This document shows positions 26,970 through 41,900 of a stretch of 64,000 bases of DNA, one piece after another. The DNA comes from Antedon mediterranea (Eukaryota > Animalia > Echinodermata): contig NC_092677.1 in the NCBI RefSeq assembly GCF_964355755.1, positions 23,361,175-23,425,174 of the forward strand. The letters are read 5' to 3'. Under the pieces are notes generated by a model. It made no database searches, was not told where the DNA came from, and saw nothing but the letters and a program-made list of their open reading frames with translations. How positions within the stretch are numbered: position 1 is the stretch's first letter; each line of letters starts with the position of its first letter. Both the position numbers and the translations under genes were made by a program.

Positions 26970-29900
26970 TTACATAACAAGACAAGCTTTGCTACCCTCT
27001 GCCTTTCCTTTTGGTGTATCTCCTCCCCCTGCTCCTGCTGCTGCATTACCATTGCCACTAGCTGCTGCTGCATTGCCATTGCCATTAGCCGCTGCTGCTG
27101 CACTGCTTTCTTGAGCCCCTTTTACGATCTGCAATTTTTCAAAAAATAACTTAGGTAATAATTACAATGCTTTAGTTTGTTATGGAGTAAAGTAATTTGT
27201 AATGTCAAAATAAAAATGGTAATAGTCAGTCAGTCAATGAACTGTGCTCGAGATTTAAAATGTTAAAATTAGATGCCCAACTTAACGGTAGGCCTGTTTA
27301 TGATTAATGATACATGCTGGAAATGATGGAAATAAAATTGATGACGAAAGCGAAAGATAATGTCAGAAATGAATTAATTCAACATTGAAAAGGCAAATTA
27401 TTATTAGAAAATTATAGGAAACAAGGGACAAGGATATAGTTTGTTTAATTTAAATAACATATTATTTCTCACCATTTTGAAGTACAAATAATTTGGAAAA
27501 AGGCATTATCTGCAATTTGGCCCCCCCCCCCACCCAAAATAAAAAAATAATAATTGAAAATTATGTCAGATATTGTTCAATAATGTACTTTTAAAATATG
27601 TTCATTTGAAAATAAAATACTACATGAACTTTTGTAATGAAAAACAAAAACATGTTTTGTTCAATTACTAAAAAGTAGCTTTTTGAAGATAAGCTCTTTT
27701 CTCAAAGTACGGCAATATAGTTAAACAAACCTGCTACATCCACTGGGGTGGCAACAGATTTTATTTTTCAAATGTCTTTGTTATTAACGGTACTATACAG
27801 TGAACAAGGAACTTAGTAAAAAAACCTGTTTTATTCAGGGATGTATTGTGGTTGTGACAATACTCTAATATTAAAGATGTATTGTCCCACTGAAAAAATA
27901 ATTCTTAAACAAATTTTTGTTGAATATTCCAATATTCCACGTAATAGTTATCCACTTTGACCAAAAATTGGATCTAAAAAAAATGTATTTACCTGAAAAA
28001 AATGTAATTTAAAGCCAAAAAATGGTCAAATTGGCTGCCAGCCAATGGATTTTTGGTTGAATTTAACCATTTATTTTGTCATTTTACAAGTGAAAACATT
28101 ATTTTTTTGGCGTTTTTTTTTTCTACGGAAGTGATTAACTTTATATTAGCTACAAAATGTGGTATTCAAAGTCTGATTTAATTAATCTTCATTTTCATGT
28201 TTTTGGGGACAATACATCTTTAATATTCTAATATTAATTGAGGTGGCATCAGATTGTTCAAATTTCTTTGTTAAATCCACCTGATTTAAGGTATGCTTAT
28301 TTTGGTAAAACTAACTAAAATTTTGGATACTATTTGTTGAGTAAATTAATTATGCTTCAATTGAAGAAAAAATTACCAGCATAAAAGCGTATTTTACAAA
28401 AAGCCTATTAAAATTATTTGGACATGTAAACAAGAACAATAGACATGCTAATTAAGCTATTAAAATGGTATTCAGACATTTACTCCTTTATTCATTATAA
28501 AAGCCAAATTATTTACGCCTTTCCAAATTTTTTAAAAACTGAAGTAAATAATCTTTTAAAATAATACAGATTTGAATACCCACTGAATTTAACCTACTGG
28601 GTACACAATGTATTTACTGTAAGGCATTAGTGTTTAATGTATGTATATTTTGATTATTATAATGTGTGGAAAAGATGAATAAAGTATTATTTATTATATT
28701 GTTATTCAGTCTATTGGAAATATCAAATGTTATCATATTAATTTATTTCATGCATAGACAATTATTTTTATAAAATAAATATAATAATAATAATAAATGT
28801 ATTAAAATATTTTTATTTATTATTAATGTAAATACTATAGTACCATATATTCCTGTTTTTGTAAACAAACTATAATATTTCTTTGTCATCTCCATTTGTA
28901 AATTAAAAAGTTGCGTTTTGTTCATTATGATGTATATTTATGTTTGTATTAATTAAATATTAGTACTGTCAGTCAGTCTGTCTGTCTGTCTGTCTATAAA
29001 AAAATTAATTCATGATTAAGTGAATGATTTTGTTAGTGTTGAAAACACATGTACACATAAAACAAAATGTGGAAGTACCTAGAAGACAAGAGTGAGGAGG
29101 CAAGTAGGAGGGTTGGGAGAGAATGGGGGCTGAGGAGGCAAGTAGGAGGGTTGGGAGAGGATGGGGGCTGAGGAGGCAAGTAGGAGGGTTGGGAGAGGAT
29201 GGGGGCTGAGGAGGCAAGTAGGAGGGTTGGGAGAGGATGGGGGCTGAGGAGGCAAGTAGGAGGGTTGGGAGAGGATGGGGGCTGAGGAGGCAAGTAGGAG
29301 AGTTGGGAGAGGATGGGGGCTGAGGAGGCAAGTAGGAGAGTTGGGAGAGGATGGGGGCTGAGGAGGCAAGTAGGAGGGTTGGGAGAGGATGGGGGCTGAG
29401 GAGGCAAGTAGGAGGGTTGGGAGAGGATGGGGGCTGAGTTGTTTGTCTCTACGGTACCACAAATGCTCATTACTAAAAATTGACAAATTTGTCATAATAA
29501 CCAATATTAAATATATCATTAATTTCTCATGCTTTCTTAAACATTAATGTAAAATATGCATAAAATAATTGTTGAACTAAAATACAACTAAACTTCACTA
29601 TAATAAGCAAGCTTGATGTACATTCATCAACTTATGCATAATTCATGAAGGCCATCGCAAACTAAAATTATCATGGTTGTTAGAAAACATAAACATTCCA
29701 AAATAATAGCAATTAGCATTTTAATATTAAAGAAAGCAAGCTGTATTCTAATTACTCCCAACAATTGTTTACATGCGCTTAGCAACAGTAGTTATGGACA
29801 CAATTTAACAGCAACTATAATAAGCATGTGATTGTTAGTTACGCTATGGAAGAATTATAAGTAATTCATCCATAGTTACACGGTGTAACCTCCTCTGTAA

Positions 29901-32900
29901 TAAACCAATACATTGAAATGTAAACGACAATACCCACAAACCAACCAAACATGTACAATGCAATTGAAGTGAAAAATAAATAAAAATTAAGTTGATACAG
30001 TTAATAAAGCAAAGAAAGTTATTTAATTACAAGCAAGTAAGTTATTATTTGATTATAAAATTTGAAATAAAATACGATAAATAGAAACAACAATCTTTGC
30101 TTTACCTCAGTTTGATGATGATTAATTTTGTGAATATGATTTGTATATATCAAATAACAATCAAGTATTATATTGTTTATTTAAATATTATTGGTGCATT
30201 CAATAGTGAAACAATTTTTAAATGTACACATTTGCATATGCAAGTGCCAGCTAATGTAACGTGCATAATTTTTTTTCTCACAAAAAACAATACTGACACC
30301 AATTTAAAAATGGCAATACTGATTATACACAATGCAAGCAAGGGATTTGATTGGACAATATATGCGACAAATAAGGAATTTATATTAAAAATGACAACAT
30401 TTAATAACCAAATAAATAAAAGGAGTTTTGAATATAAATATAATTAGATATGGAATATTTGTTCAAATAATGAAATATATCGATACAGAAATAAAAACAT
30501 TATTCAAAAGAAGAGACGATAAAAAGGAAGACAGGAAGAAAAGAGGAAAATGTTCACGGTGACGGAAAATAATTATGGTAATGCACTTACACCACAAACT
30601 TTAACATTAAGAGGTGCCGGATGAAGGAGGAAGAGGGAGCTGGCTATTTTCATGCTATTTATTTTTTAATACCACATAGGTTGTGTATGCAAACAACAAT
30701 CTGGTGATCTGGTATAATATAGGCCTACTGTTAGTTGATACGTCCTTATCTATTAGTATTAATTTAATGCATAGATCTCTTTGTTTTTTTTTATTTTAAT
30801 TTTTGCACTATTAATTAAAGCTGACACTTACAAAATACAAATTCAGTTTAGAAAACTTCAAGAAGTGTAATAATCAAACAAACTATACATTTCAATAGAG
30901 TTAATATGTTAGACCAAAAGATTAATTATTTTGATTTCAATTTACATGGATGGTAATACACACTGACGATTATGTTTAAGACTTCAATTAGTATTTGAGG
31001 ATATGTATATTAAGGGTGAAGAAAGGAAGAAACATAACACTTATTATTGGACGTACAGTTATATGATTGTACAGGTCGTTGACTTTTGACCTTTAATAGT
31101 TTTGTCAATTTCTTGCATCTGTAAAAAATGTAATTTCTTTCTTTTTATAATTGTTTGGGTTAAAATTATTATAGAAATATATAAATGAATATAGTAAAAA
31201 AGATAAGTCATTTAATCTACAGGCATTAGTGAAATACTAGATTATTTTTTCGTAAGCATAAGATGTGCAAAGTGAAAGTACTTTGAAAACACTTTTTCAA
31301 GTCTGTTGTTTTTTGTTTGAATTCTACTGGAATGAATTAAGGCTGGTTTCCTGTCGACGTAAGAATATCACTTTTGTTGCGACTACGTCGATATGTCGTA
31401 AGAAATGCGGATTTTACAGGAAACCGATTACGATCGAAAATTTATAAAATCGATCTTTATCTTACGCTTGAATGAACGCCCTTGCGTCACGTTTCTTACG
31501 TCTCATACGAAAGTTGACTTGAAGTCAACTTTCGCAAGAGACGTAAGCGCAATCGTAACAAGTAACCAATGAACGACAAGAGTTATGACGTAATGTGTAT
31601 GTCCTTATAGTGAAATAAAGCCGGACAATAACATTTGTATGTATTTACTACTATAATTTTAGCCCACTTTACGATGTTGTACATACTTTACAAATGCACA
31701 GTAGTTTCAATATAGGCCTAATAATTTTCTAATCAGGGAGTTTACAACTCATATCAAAATATAATACTCTTATTTATGGACGTGCAATAAACAATCAGCA
31801 TCGGTAGAAACGTCGCGAAAATGAACATTTTCAACAAGATAAGATATAGAAAGCCCCTTTGTAAGCAATATAATATTATTATGTAACTTTAAAAAAAAAT
31901 TGTTTGCTTGATTTTGTATAATTTATATTGTTTTGTTAAATTTATTCTTATTATAGGCCTGTAAATAATGGGTATCTTACTGCGGTAGTACTATCTCATG
32001 CTCGATTAGATATGCTTATAGGCCCATAGGCCAATGCCTAGTCTAGGGCCTAGGTAGGTCTAATAATAATAATAGGAATCTCTAAATGATTTGCCTTTTT
32101 TTAATTTTGAAAATTATTTAAGGCTAGGCCTAGAGGGCCAGGATAATTAATTCATATTTAGATTCATACAAATAATACATAGGCCTACTAGCCTAGGCTA
32201 GGGGCCTAGGCTAGTTTGATTGTTTGGTCAAATCAATTCCTATTAGTACAGTATTAATTATTATTAGTATTTTACTAATACTAGGGCCTAGCCTATCTAC
32301 TGAAAATAACATGTTGGTGTGCTGCACTGACACTGCTGCTGAGTAGCTACAGGTACAATAAGAACATTCAACATTTCGCGCGAAAAATGATAAAACCCGC
32401 TCTAAAAAGAAACACCAATCAGAAATGTTGTTTCAAATACGTCATAAATCCGACCGACGTAAGAAAAAAATTTCAACTTTCGTAACAACACTAAAATCGA
32501 CGTAAGCATACGACGTGTGTTTCACAGCCAAAATTTCAACTTTCGGGAGCAGCATAACTACAGATGTTTCTCTGCGGCCTGACACGATCTTGACTAAGGT
32601 CAACGACGTCAAGTTTTTCTCAACTTTCGTAAGAGACGTAAGAAGCGTATGAAACGCAAGAATCGTTGCAAAATTCGACTTTTTACGTCGACAGGAAACC
32701 AGCCTTTATATACACATAATCAAGTGGTTTTTTTTTATGTGACTATGAGCAGTGCGTGATATTGTCATGTGCAACGTTCACCAACTGTAATTGTTTAATA
32801 ATGCCCCACATGCGTGAATGAATTACCGTATCAGCTTCACATTGCTCTAAAGACTACATGCAAAAGGTGACAGAATAAAATAAAAGTATATTCAGTTTTG

Positions 32901-35900
32901 GCGGACAGACATTTGACAAGACAACAATATATAGCGGGGAGAAACATTTTTTTTTTCTTTCCTGTCTCAATGTAAATGTCTTACATTTGTCATGAGAACA
33001 TTTTCATTAGTGTCAGCAATAGCAATTCCATTTGTTTTGGATTCTGTCCCCTTAGGAACCACAGTTTTTAAAGGTTCTTTTTCTAATTTCGGTACAGTTT
33101 CCTGGACGCCATTTTGTAATGTAGGTGTTTCTTGCTGATTTGCGGCAGGTTCCTCGTGGTCTATTTCAAAGCTGTACACACTGACAGTCTCTTCCTGGGA
33201 AATAGTTTGTAATAGAGATAATAGAGACATAAAGCATAGAGAAGTATACATAAACAGAAATAACAAGATAAATTGATAAACTGTAGAATAACTGTACACA
33301 TTAGAAAATATGTACAGATGGAGAAAGATACAAACATTTATAGAAACAAATTCTGTATACAAAAAATAAGCAAATAAGTTCGTCATAATATAGACTTTGC
33401 AAATTTCAGCAAAAAAATGTGTTAACTCGCCTTCAGAAAAATTTGCATAGTGCATTTAAATTTTTTTAAACTGCAGCAATAATTTCAAATTTAAAAATCC
33501 ATTTCTTGCATTGTGTGTAACCATGATAATGGCAATAATTGCTTGGAATACACATATGATTCAGTAATCTTACATTTTTACCACCGCCATTTTTCAAAGA
33601 CTTTACTAGCCTTTGACCTTGGAGCACCTAGTTAGGAAAGAGTTCATTAGATATATAAATAAAACAGAACGAAAAAGACATGTAACTAATATACTTCAGA
33701 TATGAAGGAAAATGCATTATAATAGTACTTAATTCTATTTCAGAAATAAAAATGCTAATATGGTAGAAAGAATCAAATGAAAAACAGTGGTGAATCAGGG
33801 GCTGCTTGGCTAACACCACCTAGAAGTAAAATAAAATAATTAAAACCAAGGGTTAATTGTTCAAGGGGTTGTTATTTGGATAATACAAATTTATTATACA
33901 GTATTAAATCCAATTGTTGTTTATATTTGTTTGTGTGTATGTATTTAATTGTTCTACCATTTGGCTTCTCTTGCTTAGGAGACAAAATGCTTAGATTTAA
34001 ACAAAGGTGGCGTTTAACGGGACAATGCGTAACACAGTCACAATGGTTCTGCATAGCATAGCTAACAACAGATATAAGTCATAATTTGATTGTGCGATAA
34101 AATGCCTCTTTTTTCAACTGCCTGATAGCGAGTTGTTAATGATGACTTAGAATGAACTGTAACAGTGTAGATTTTAGGAAAGATGATGAAATGTACAGTA
34201 GCAATACGTGAAAGGAATGTAGAGATAATAATTATAACAAGGAAAAGTATCATATTATTATGTTTATAATTGTCAAATTAATGAAACCCAATTAAATTAA
34301 GTTTTATGGAAATTGTTCTTTTTCTTCTGCATCCGTTTCTCCTTGGAATGCGTTGCTTATTTGCATACGTCAGGCACCTTCCATCAGTGTCTTTAAATCT
34401 CTCCTCAAAACACACCTCAAATTTTTCTGTCTATGTAAAACGCATTGAGGCAGTCAGCATAATGCGCTATATCAAGTACCAGTTATTATTATTATTATTA
34501 AATCCTCAAAGGTTAAATACTGTAATGAGGATTTGGCATAAATAAATGGAAAATTTTTAATGTAAGGCTAAAGTGATATATACCAAAGATTACTGAGCTA
34601 TTGAAAAATTTAAAAAAAAAAAAATTTTTCCAAAAAATAACATAAATCAAACTTAGTACTGTAATATTATTTTGATGAAAAATATATACTTATTTTATAT
34701 GTAGCAGAATAGTTTTACCAAATGTAAATCACGTTTGCAACAGAAAAATATGTTTACTGCTTTCTCACAATCAGAGCAAACTTGTGTTATGGACTGCACA
34801 TCAATCAGTACAACACATAATTGCATATAGATATTAGTAACAATTTGTTTAGTTGCATTAAAATATATTTTGTTCATTATAACTGTAATAATTGAAGAAA
34901 AAACAATCCTGTTTTTAGCTTTGAAAACCATTTCATTTCAAATAAAGTCTGTCAGCATTTTACAACAAATACACATATCTATTTTATCTGTTTAAAAGTT
35001 TTTGAAGAAAATGAATATTAAAAATGTTTTCTGAAAAATAATCAAAACCAAACAAACATTTCTTCTACTGTCTTATAATTTGTTTTTTGTTTCTATTAAG
35101 CTCTGTCTATCATCTAACTTTATGTTATGTTATGTTGGTGGTCTGCCAATATATGGACATGATGATTTCATATCACTCCCATATTTGGGCATATCAAACT
35201 AATTGATAGTGTAGACAGAGCTTAAAGTCTTATAATTGTTTTTGGCTCTGTTTACACAATCTAACTTTATGTGACAACAAAATGTCACACTTCTTTTATC
35301 AAACTAGTTTGATAGTGTAAACAGAGCTTTACAGATATATATGTCTTTGGATTAGAAATCAATGGTAAGTACACAAAATGAATATAACGACTTTGACTTT
35401 AATACGTACCTTATTCACGATTTGAATGCGTGACTTCAGCCTGGAACCAGAACTGAAAGCTACTGCATGTACTTTGCGATAAAATGGTAAGAATTGTTGA
35501 TCTTCAACTGGTTTCTTCTCCCATTCTTCGCAAATATCCTACAAGAAAATGTAATAAAAGTTTCATAGAGAGCAGACATGAATCTAGTGGGCAAAGTATA
35601 GTTTATCCTCAAATCAGCCAATTTGATATGTGTGTTTAAAGCACAACTCTCTGCTCAGACATGCACAACTATGCATCTAGCAAATCTGATCATAATACTG
35701 CTTAATGTACACTTAAACAAAACTGATTAAAGTTCTGTCTAAACTTTATGTGACATAAAAATGTGATGTGCCCATATGTGGACATGATGTCATATCACTA
35801 CCATATTTAAGCATATCACTACCATATTTAAGCATATCACTACCATATTTGGGCACGTCACATTTTTTGTGACATAATGTTTGATAGTGTAGACAGAGCT

Positions 35901-38900
35901 TAAAGAAAAAAGATATATTTCATGTTCTTAATAAAAACAGAAATGGCGGCTATATTTAGTTAGCTATTTTCTAATCTAATCCTAGTGAGCACTCTATGAA
36001 TAAGATTTGACCTTCTTTATTCAGTATACAAGGTCGTAAAGTATAGTATCCAGTTTCCTGAATCCTAGCTTAAAGAAAACCCAGGCTGCCAAAGATCGCC
36101 AACCAATAATGAAAATGATCATGACCATGTCTTAGTCCCCAAGTATTAAGCTCAACATACAAAAACATGTACCCACTTCATATGATAAACGATATGTACA
36201 TTATGGATGACACAACTAATAAAGTGCCCTAGCCAAGACATCTTGCACCTTGTAATGTTTTGCTCCCCCCACCCACACTTCAAATTCATGGGCCTAGCTA
36301 TGCCATAGCCTGGATTCATAGCTTACCTGCATGCGCCGTTCTTTCTTACGCAGTCTATCGTACTGCTTCTGCAAAAGGACAAGCTCACTCTTTAAATGAG
36401 TTGTTTCATCCTCACCGTTCGGACCAAAGGAGACAGACATCTTTTTGTTGAGGATTGGTTTTGCTGACGCCTCTTGCATATTTTCCAATTGTCTAAGCTC
36501 CTAATTTCAAACAATACAATATTTCTATGAGTTTAATATCAATAATGTTATTATGTGCTTGTATGTGTAATATCCCTTAGCTAAATCTCCTCTACAATAT
36601 AATACAGATTTCACTTTCTAACATACTGTGGCACGGTCTATTGGTTCTATTACATCCCACAATGCCTCATAAATTTTGGAATGAACAGAAGATTCCAACC
36701 CAATACCCGCCACTATGTCTTACCTTAGTTGTTAAATTTTTCCTTTTAGTATCAACTGCTGTATTTTCTTGATGACCATACAGTGAGTAGGTAATGCTGC
36801 CAGTTTCAAAGTAATCTAATACTTCTTGCGTTACTACAGGAATGGAGACAATACGGCTATGATTCCACTCGGGTGATAATGTGCCAGTTAGCATTGGCGT
36901 CTCTGTGTACTCAGTTTCCTCGTAAAACCTGTATTTAACCATCAAACCTTTAGAATAACGTGCTTTGTGTACATCACCATTTATAACCCCAATCTGAGCA
37001 AAAAAAGGAATGTTATTAGAGAGAAAATCAGTAGAAACTGTACTTTATATCTATCTCATGTCTATAAGATTTAGTAAAGAACACTGGTGAAATCATTGGG
37101 AGTTAAACCTGTATGATATATCCAATATGATTCTGTATCAGTGATGTTACAGACAAATAACATTATAAGATCCGTGATGAACCACTAGACATGGTAACAC
37201 TAAAGATCAGTGATGCACACCTAGACATGGTAATACTAAAGGTCAGTGATGAACTGCTAGACATGGTAACACTAAAGGTCAGTGATGAACTGCTAGACAT
37301 GGTAACACTAAACGTCAGTGATGAACCACTAGACATGGTAACACTAAAGGTCAGTGATGAACTACTAAACATTGTAACACTAAAGGTCAGTGATGAACTG
37401 CTAGACATGGTAACACTAAAGGTCAGTGATGAACTGCTAGACATGGTAACACTAAAGGTCAGTGATGAACTGCTAGACATGGTAACACTAAAGGTCAGTG
37501 ATGAAGTGCTAGACATGGTAACACTAAAGGTCAGTGATGAACTGCTAGACATGGTAACACTAAAGGTCAGTAATGAACTGCTGGGTATGGTAACACTAAA
37601 GGTCAGTGATGAACTGCTAGACATGGTAACACTAAAGGTCAGCCATGCTAACGTACCTTGATGTGATATGGTTTTCCAAGTAGTTCACTTGGATCATCAA
37701 CATATTCTTCATCTGTGTATGGTTTACCATCTTGTGTACAAGGTTTGATAGTGATGTACAGCTTGCCCTCATCTGTACCCTAGAAATTAATGGAGAAACA
37801 GGTTAAAGGTTACTGAAACTTACATTGATATAATATAATGGTTCTCAAAACTGTGTGACCATGTAAAAGTCAACAGAAACATATCAGCCAACTTCGGTCT
37901 TTTTTTGTACAATTTAGGAGGACGTATTTGAGAAGTTAATGAAAAGTAAATATAACAAAGTGTAATATGTCCTGAATGATGAAAGATAGTTGCTTTTGTT
38001 TTGTCTGCAAATATTTAACATAACTGTGACTGTATAAATAGTATCCACATCGCCTATTCAAGTTTGGATGTTTCAAGTAGTTTGCCATACATCATCAGCA
38101 ATAATTCTTAAACAAAAAGTAAATCCTGAACCATTGGAATCTACATTATACTGCTAAACATTAACCTTATATGCCTACATTGAGCAGTTTTATATTCACA
38201 AATGCAAATATTTTAATATTTTTGTGTTGTATTTTTTATAAGAAATGTATCTTTTAAGATACAACACAAAAACAGACAGGATATGTAAGTAGTGACTACA
38301 ACACAACTTACTTTGAAATCAGTAACAGTTATGTTATCATCAAAATCTAAGGAATAACCCAAGCTCTGAAGAAAAGCATGTGCTGTGCCAATAAGAACAT
38401 CTTCAGGTGGCTCCCAAAATGGGTCATCATTGTCTTTCACATCGCTAACATCTTCACCATCAATAAACCTTTGGTATAACTCCTACAAATAAAAAAAACA
38501 AACAAAAAACAACTTAATTTTACAGCAAATATAAAAGTGACTTAAGGAAAGTTCTGCTTACTGCTTTCATAATAAATACCGGTAGTTAATCCCAATTTTC
38601 AACAAATTTATTTTAAATCTTCTGGTCATTCACTCTAGTATAGTTAGTTTAGCATAGCGACAGTAAAATGTTGTAAAAGTAACTTTGGAGAGCACTATGT
38701 GATGATCTTTACTTCATGACTTGATAAGTTTAACCAACCCATGTGAGTGGCCTAGTGGTTAAGATAGTGGAATCGTAATATGTAGCGACAATATCGCTCC
38801 ATGGTTGTATAAAGGCAATTTTTTACATCAATAACACTTACTTGAATCAAGTAATGCCTGTTAATAAACTTGCCTCTACCCCACACCCAAGTATTTTAAA

Positions 38901-41900
38901 GCTTCAAATACATTCTTTACTTCCATAATACTTACTTGAATCAAGTAACGCCTGTTTATAAACTTGCCTCTACCCCACACCCAAGTATTTTAAAGCTTCA
39001 AATACATTCTTTACTTCCATAATACTTACTTGAATCAAGTAACGCCTGTTTATAAACTTGCCTCTACCCCACACCCAAGTATTTTAAAGCTTCAAATACA
39101 TTCTTTACTTCCATAATACTTACTTGAATCAAGTAACGCCTGTTTATAAACTTGCCTCTACCCCACACCCAAGTATTTTAAAGCTTCAAATACATTCTTT
39201 ACTTCCATAATACTTACTTGAATCAAGTAACGCCTGTTTATAAACTTGCCTCTACCCCACACCCAAGTATTTTCATTCAACAGATTTTTCATTTTTACCA
39301 TAACCCTAAATAAATAAAATGATAAAAAAAAAAACAGATAAAAATAAAAATAGCAAAACTACTTTTATCATTTTTAGTTAATTAAGACAGTAACACTCAC
39401 ACTTTGACTAGGATGCAACGCAAGGAAGTACGCGGTGCAACGTAAGTGAGTTGACCAATCACAAGCGACCATTCGGACGATCTACAGTAACATGTCGTGA
39501 TTGGTCAAATGACTTTTTTTGCTTATACACTTGGACACAAAAAACCAGGTGGTAGGATAGGACTTAAAGCTCACATTTTAAATTTTATATCTGGTTAATT
39601 CTATATAAATCAAATATTTGTAACAGAAATTAAGATGAAAAAACATGAATTTCCCTAAAAATGGTCAAATAGAAAATTTGGCAAAATTCTATAAAAACCA
39701 GCAAGACTTGTTTTCAGTAGTAGTAATAAAATGTCTGGTGACTCCCTAGAAGGTGAAAAAAGATAGTGGCTTTATGGTGGATAATTTTTGCTATAGCATA
39801 AAAATAAACCACTGAAGTTGAAAAAAAATACCAGAAACGTAAAAATCAAGTTATATTACCTATATTTAGTCATCTGATAACATATTTTACCACACCGTTT
39901 ATTTTTCATAGTTTTTAAAAATGTATCTCTATTTACAATTGTAATTTGAAGTATCACTCCACTGATAAGAAAGTGCTTATTTTCAACAAGCTTGTGTATC
40001 ATAAATAAAATCCCAAAAATTATGAAACATAGAGGACACTATAGATCGATAATTATTGGAATGTATGATCAATATGATCCTTAATGCTGCACCTGGTATT
40101 TAAGATTTGTCACTTACTCAGTCTCTTTGTCTTTGCCTTCTTGAGCAGCACCACTAATAAGCACAATCTCAAAGCTTCTATGTTTGTTCAATTCTTCACT
40201 AACCGCATTCACTTCATTTACCATTGGCAACAGCTCAAGGATCTGGTCTTGTACACGTTGTTGTTCTTTAAATTTATTCAATAAAATCAATTCATTATAT
40301 TTATTCATTTATTTATTCAATTCATATACATTATTTAGGACCACAATGGAAATAAGTTTGCCGTCTCAGTACTTTTTTGTGTATTTATCCTATTGATTTT
40401 TATATCAGAATAAAGAAATAAAATATATATTACTGATATGAAAATTATAACCTTAATTTTTTCTAAAATGTTGATAAGAAACATCACTTTGTGCTACCCG
40501 GGACAATAATTACCTAGATAAAAATTACTGTTTGCGATCATGAACGCTAGTAAACCAAACCCAGTACCGCTTTGATTCGAGAAATTACTTCAAGACATGA
40601 CAAAGCGTGGAGAACAATAAATGTGATTTTTTTCTACTGCTATGTAGGCACCTTAACTTTTAAACCATCATTCTCATATTGGTACATGACAATAACTAAT
40701 ATTAAAGTAAATGCAATGTTAATCTTGGTCATAAAACAATTTTTTGTAATAATTAATCAGACTTATATAGCGCCAGTATCCATAATGTTATGTTCAGAGG
40801 CGTTTGCAAAAGTTAAACAGGAAACGCTTCTGTGTACAAGTGAGTTTTAAAATTTGAAGATATTGACATTTTCTGATGTCTTTATGTCTATAGGTAATAT
40901 CCATAAAATGGGTTCTTCACACGAAAATGCACGATGGCCATACGACTTATAATAATAAAATACATACCTTTGCTGAGGCCACTACCAGCAGTTTGGTAAC
41001 CTTTAGCGTGGGCAATCTCTTTCTGTGCAAATTCCCAATCAATTGTTGCTGGTGTTCCCTCTGGAACATCAGCCTTTGCTGGGTTATGATAAACATACAT
41101 ATGATTTGAACCTAATGTCAACAAAAACAAATAAAAGAAAAAAAAAACAATTAAGATTTACATTAATTTCTTATTCTCAAACCTCACAATTTCAGATATA
41201 AGATTTGTTTGAATCTTAAATGTGTAAAAGAAATCACAATAAAATGAAGAATATTACAAAAATCTATTATAAATAGTCAGACCTGATGTTACAATATCTA
41301 GAGACTCCCCCAGAAAAATTGTTTTTAAAAAGTTAAATATTTTTTTCTCCTCTAAATTTGAATTAGATAAATGTATTATTTTGTTAGGAATGGAAGGACA
41401 CTAAAGATCTGTCTGTGTAAGATCAACGATTATTTATCGCGTCGAAGAAGAAGAGAATTTTGAGAAAACAGGAAGGGCAATGATAAGAAAGAAAGAAAGA
41501 AAGAAGAGGAAAGAAAAGGAGGAACACAAAGGAGCTCTAGGTCTGAGTGAAAGAATCATGGAAGTCATTATGTGGAGTAGCTTGAGATGGATATGACATA
41601 TTCTAAGAAAAGATGAAGATGAACCAGTAAAGAGAGCTTGCCATTTGGAAGTTAGAGGATGGCCAAAGGTGATGTGGAAAGATATGGTAAAGAAAGAATA
41701 AAGGAGAGTTGGTTTGAAGGAACATGATGCGCCAGACAGAAAAAAGTGGAGAGATGGTGTAGGAACTTGGTGACAGTGACAGCCAGTAACTTCTTGGAAG
41801 AGGGAGATGATGATGTTGCATAAGAAGAATGTAACAAATGTGTTATTTACCAAATAGAATTCTATCTAAATTTTCCAAAACCTTGCTGTTGACCAATGGT

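Noticed and set aside
29005-29519. Pro/Ser-rich ORFs in three frames
   Set aside because: Translation of the 38-bp minisatellite.
30591-30654. Extra kinesin exon ending in GTAAG
   Set aside because: The candidate acceptors give a frameshift or a stop; no recognisable support.
37163-37661. 153-156 aa repeat ORFs; 36-bp repeats superficially CRISPR-like
   Set aside because: Head-to-tail repeats with no spacers and no cas genes, inside a eukaryotic intron.
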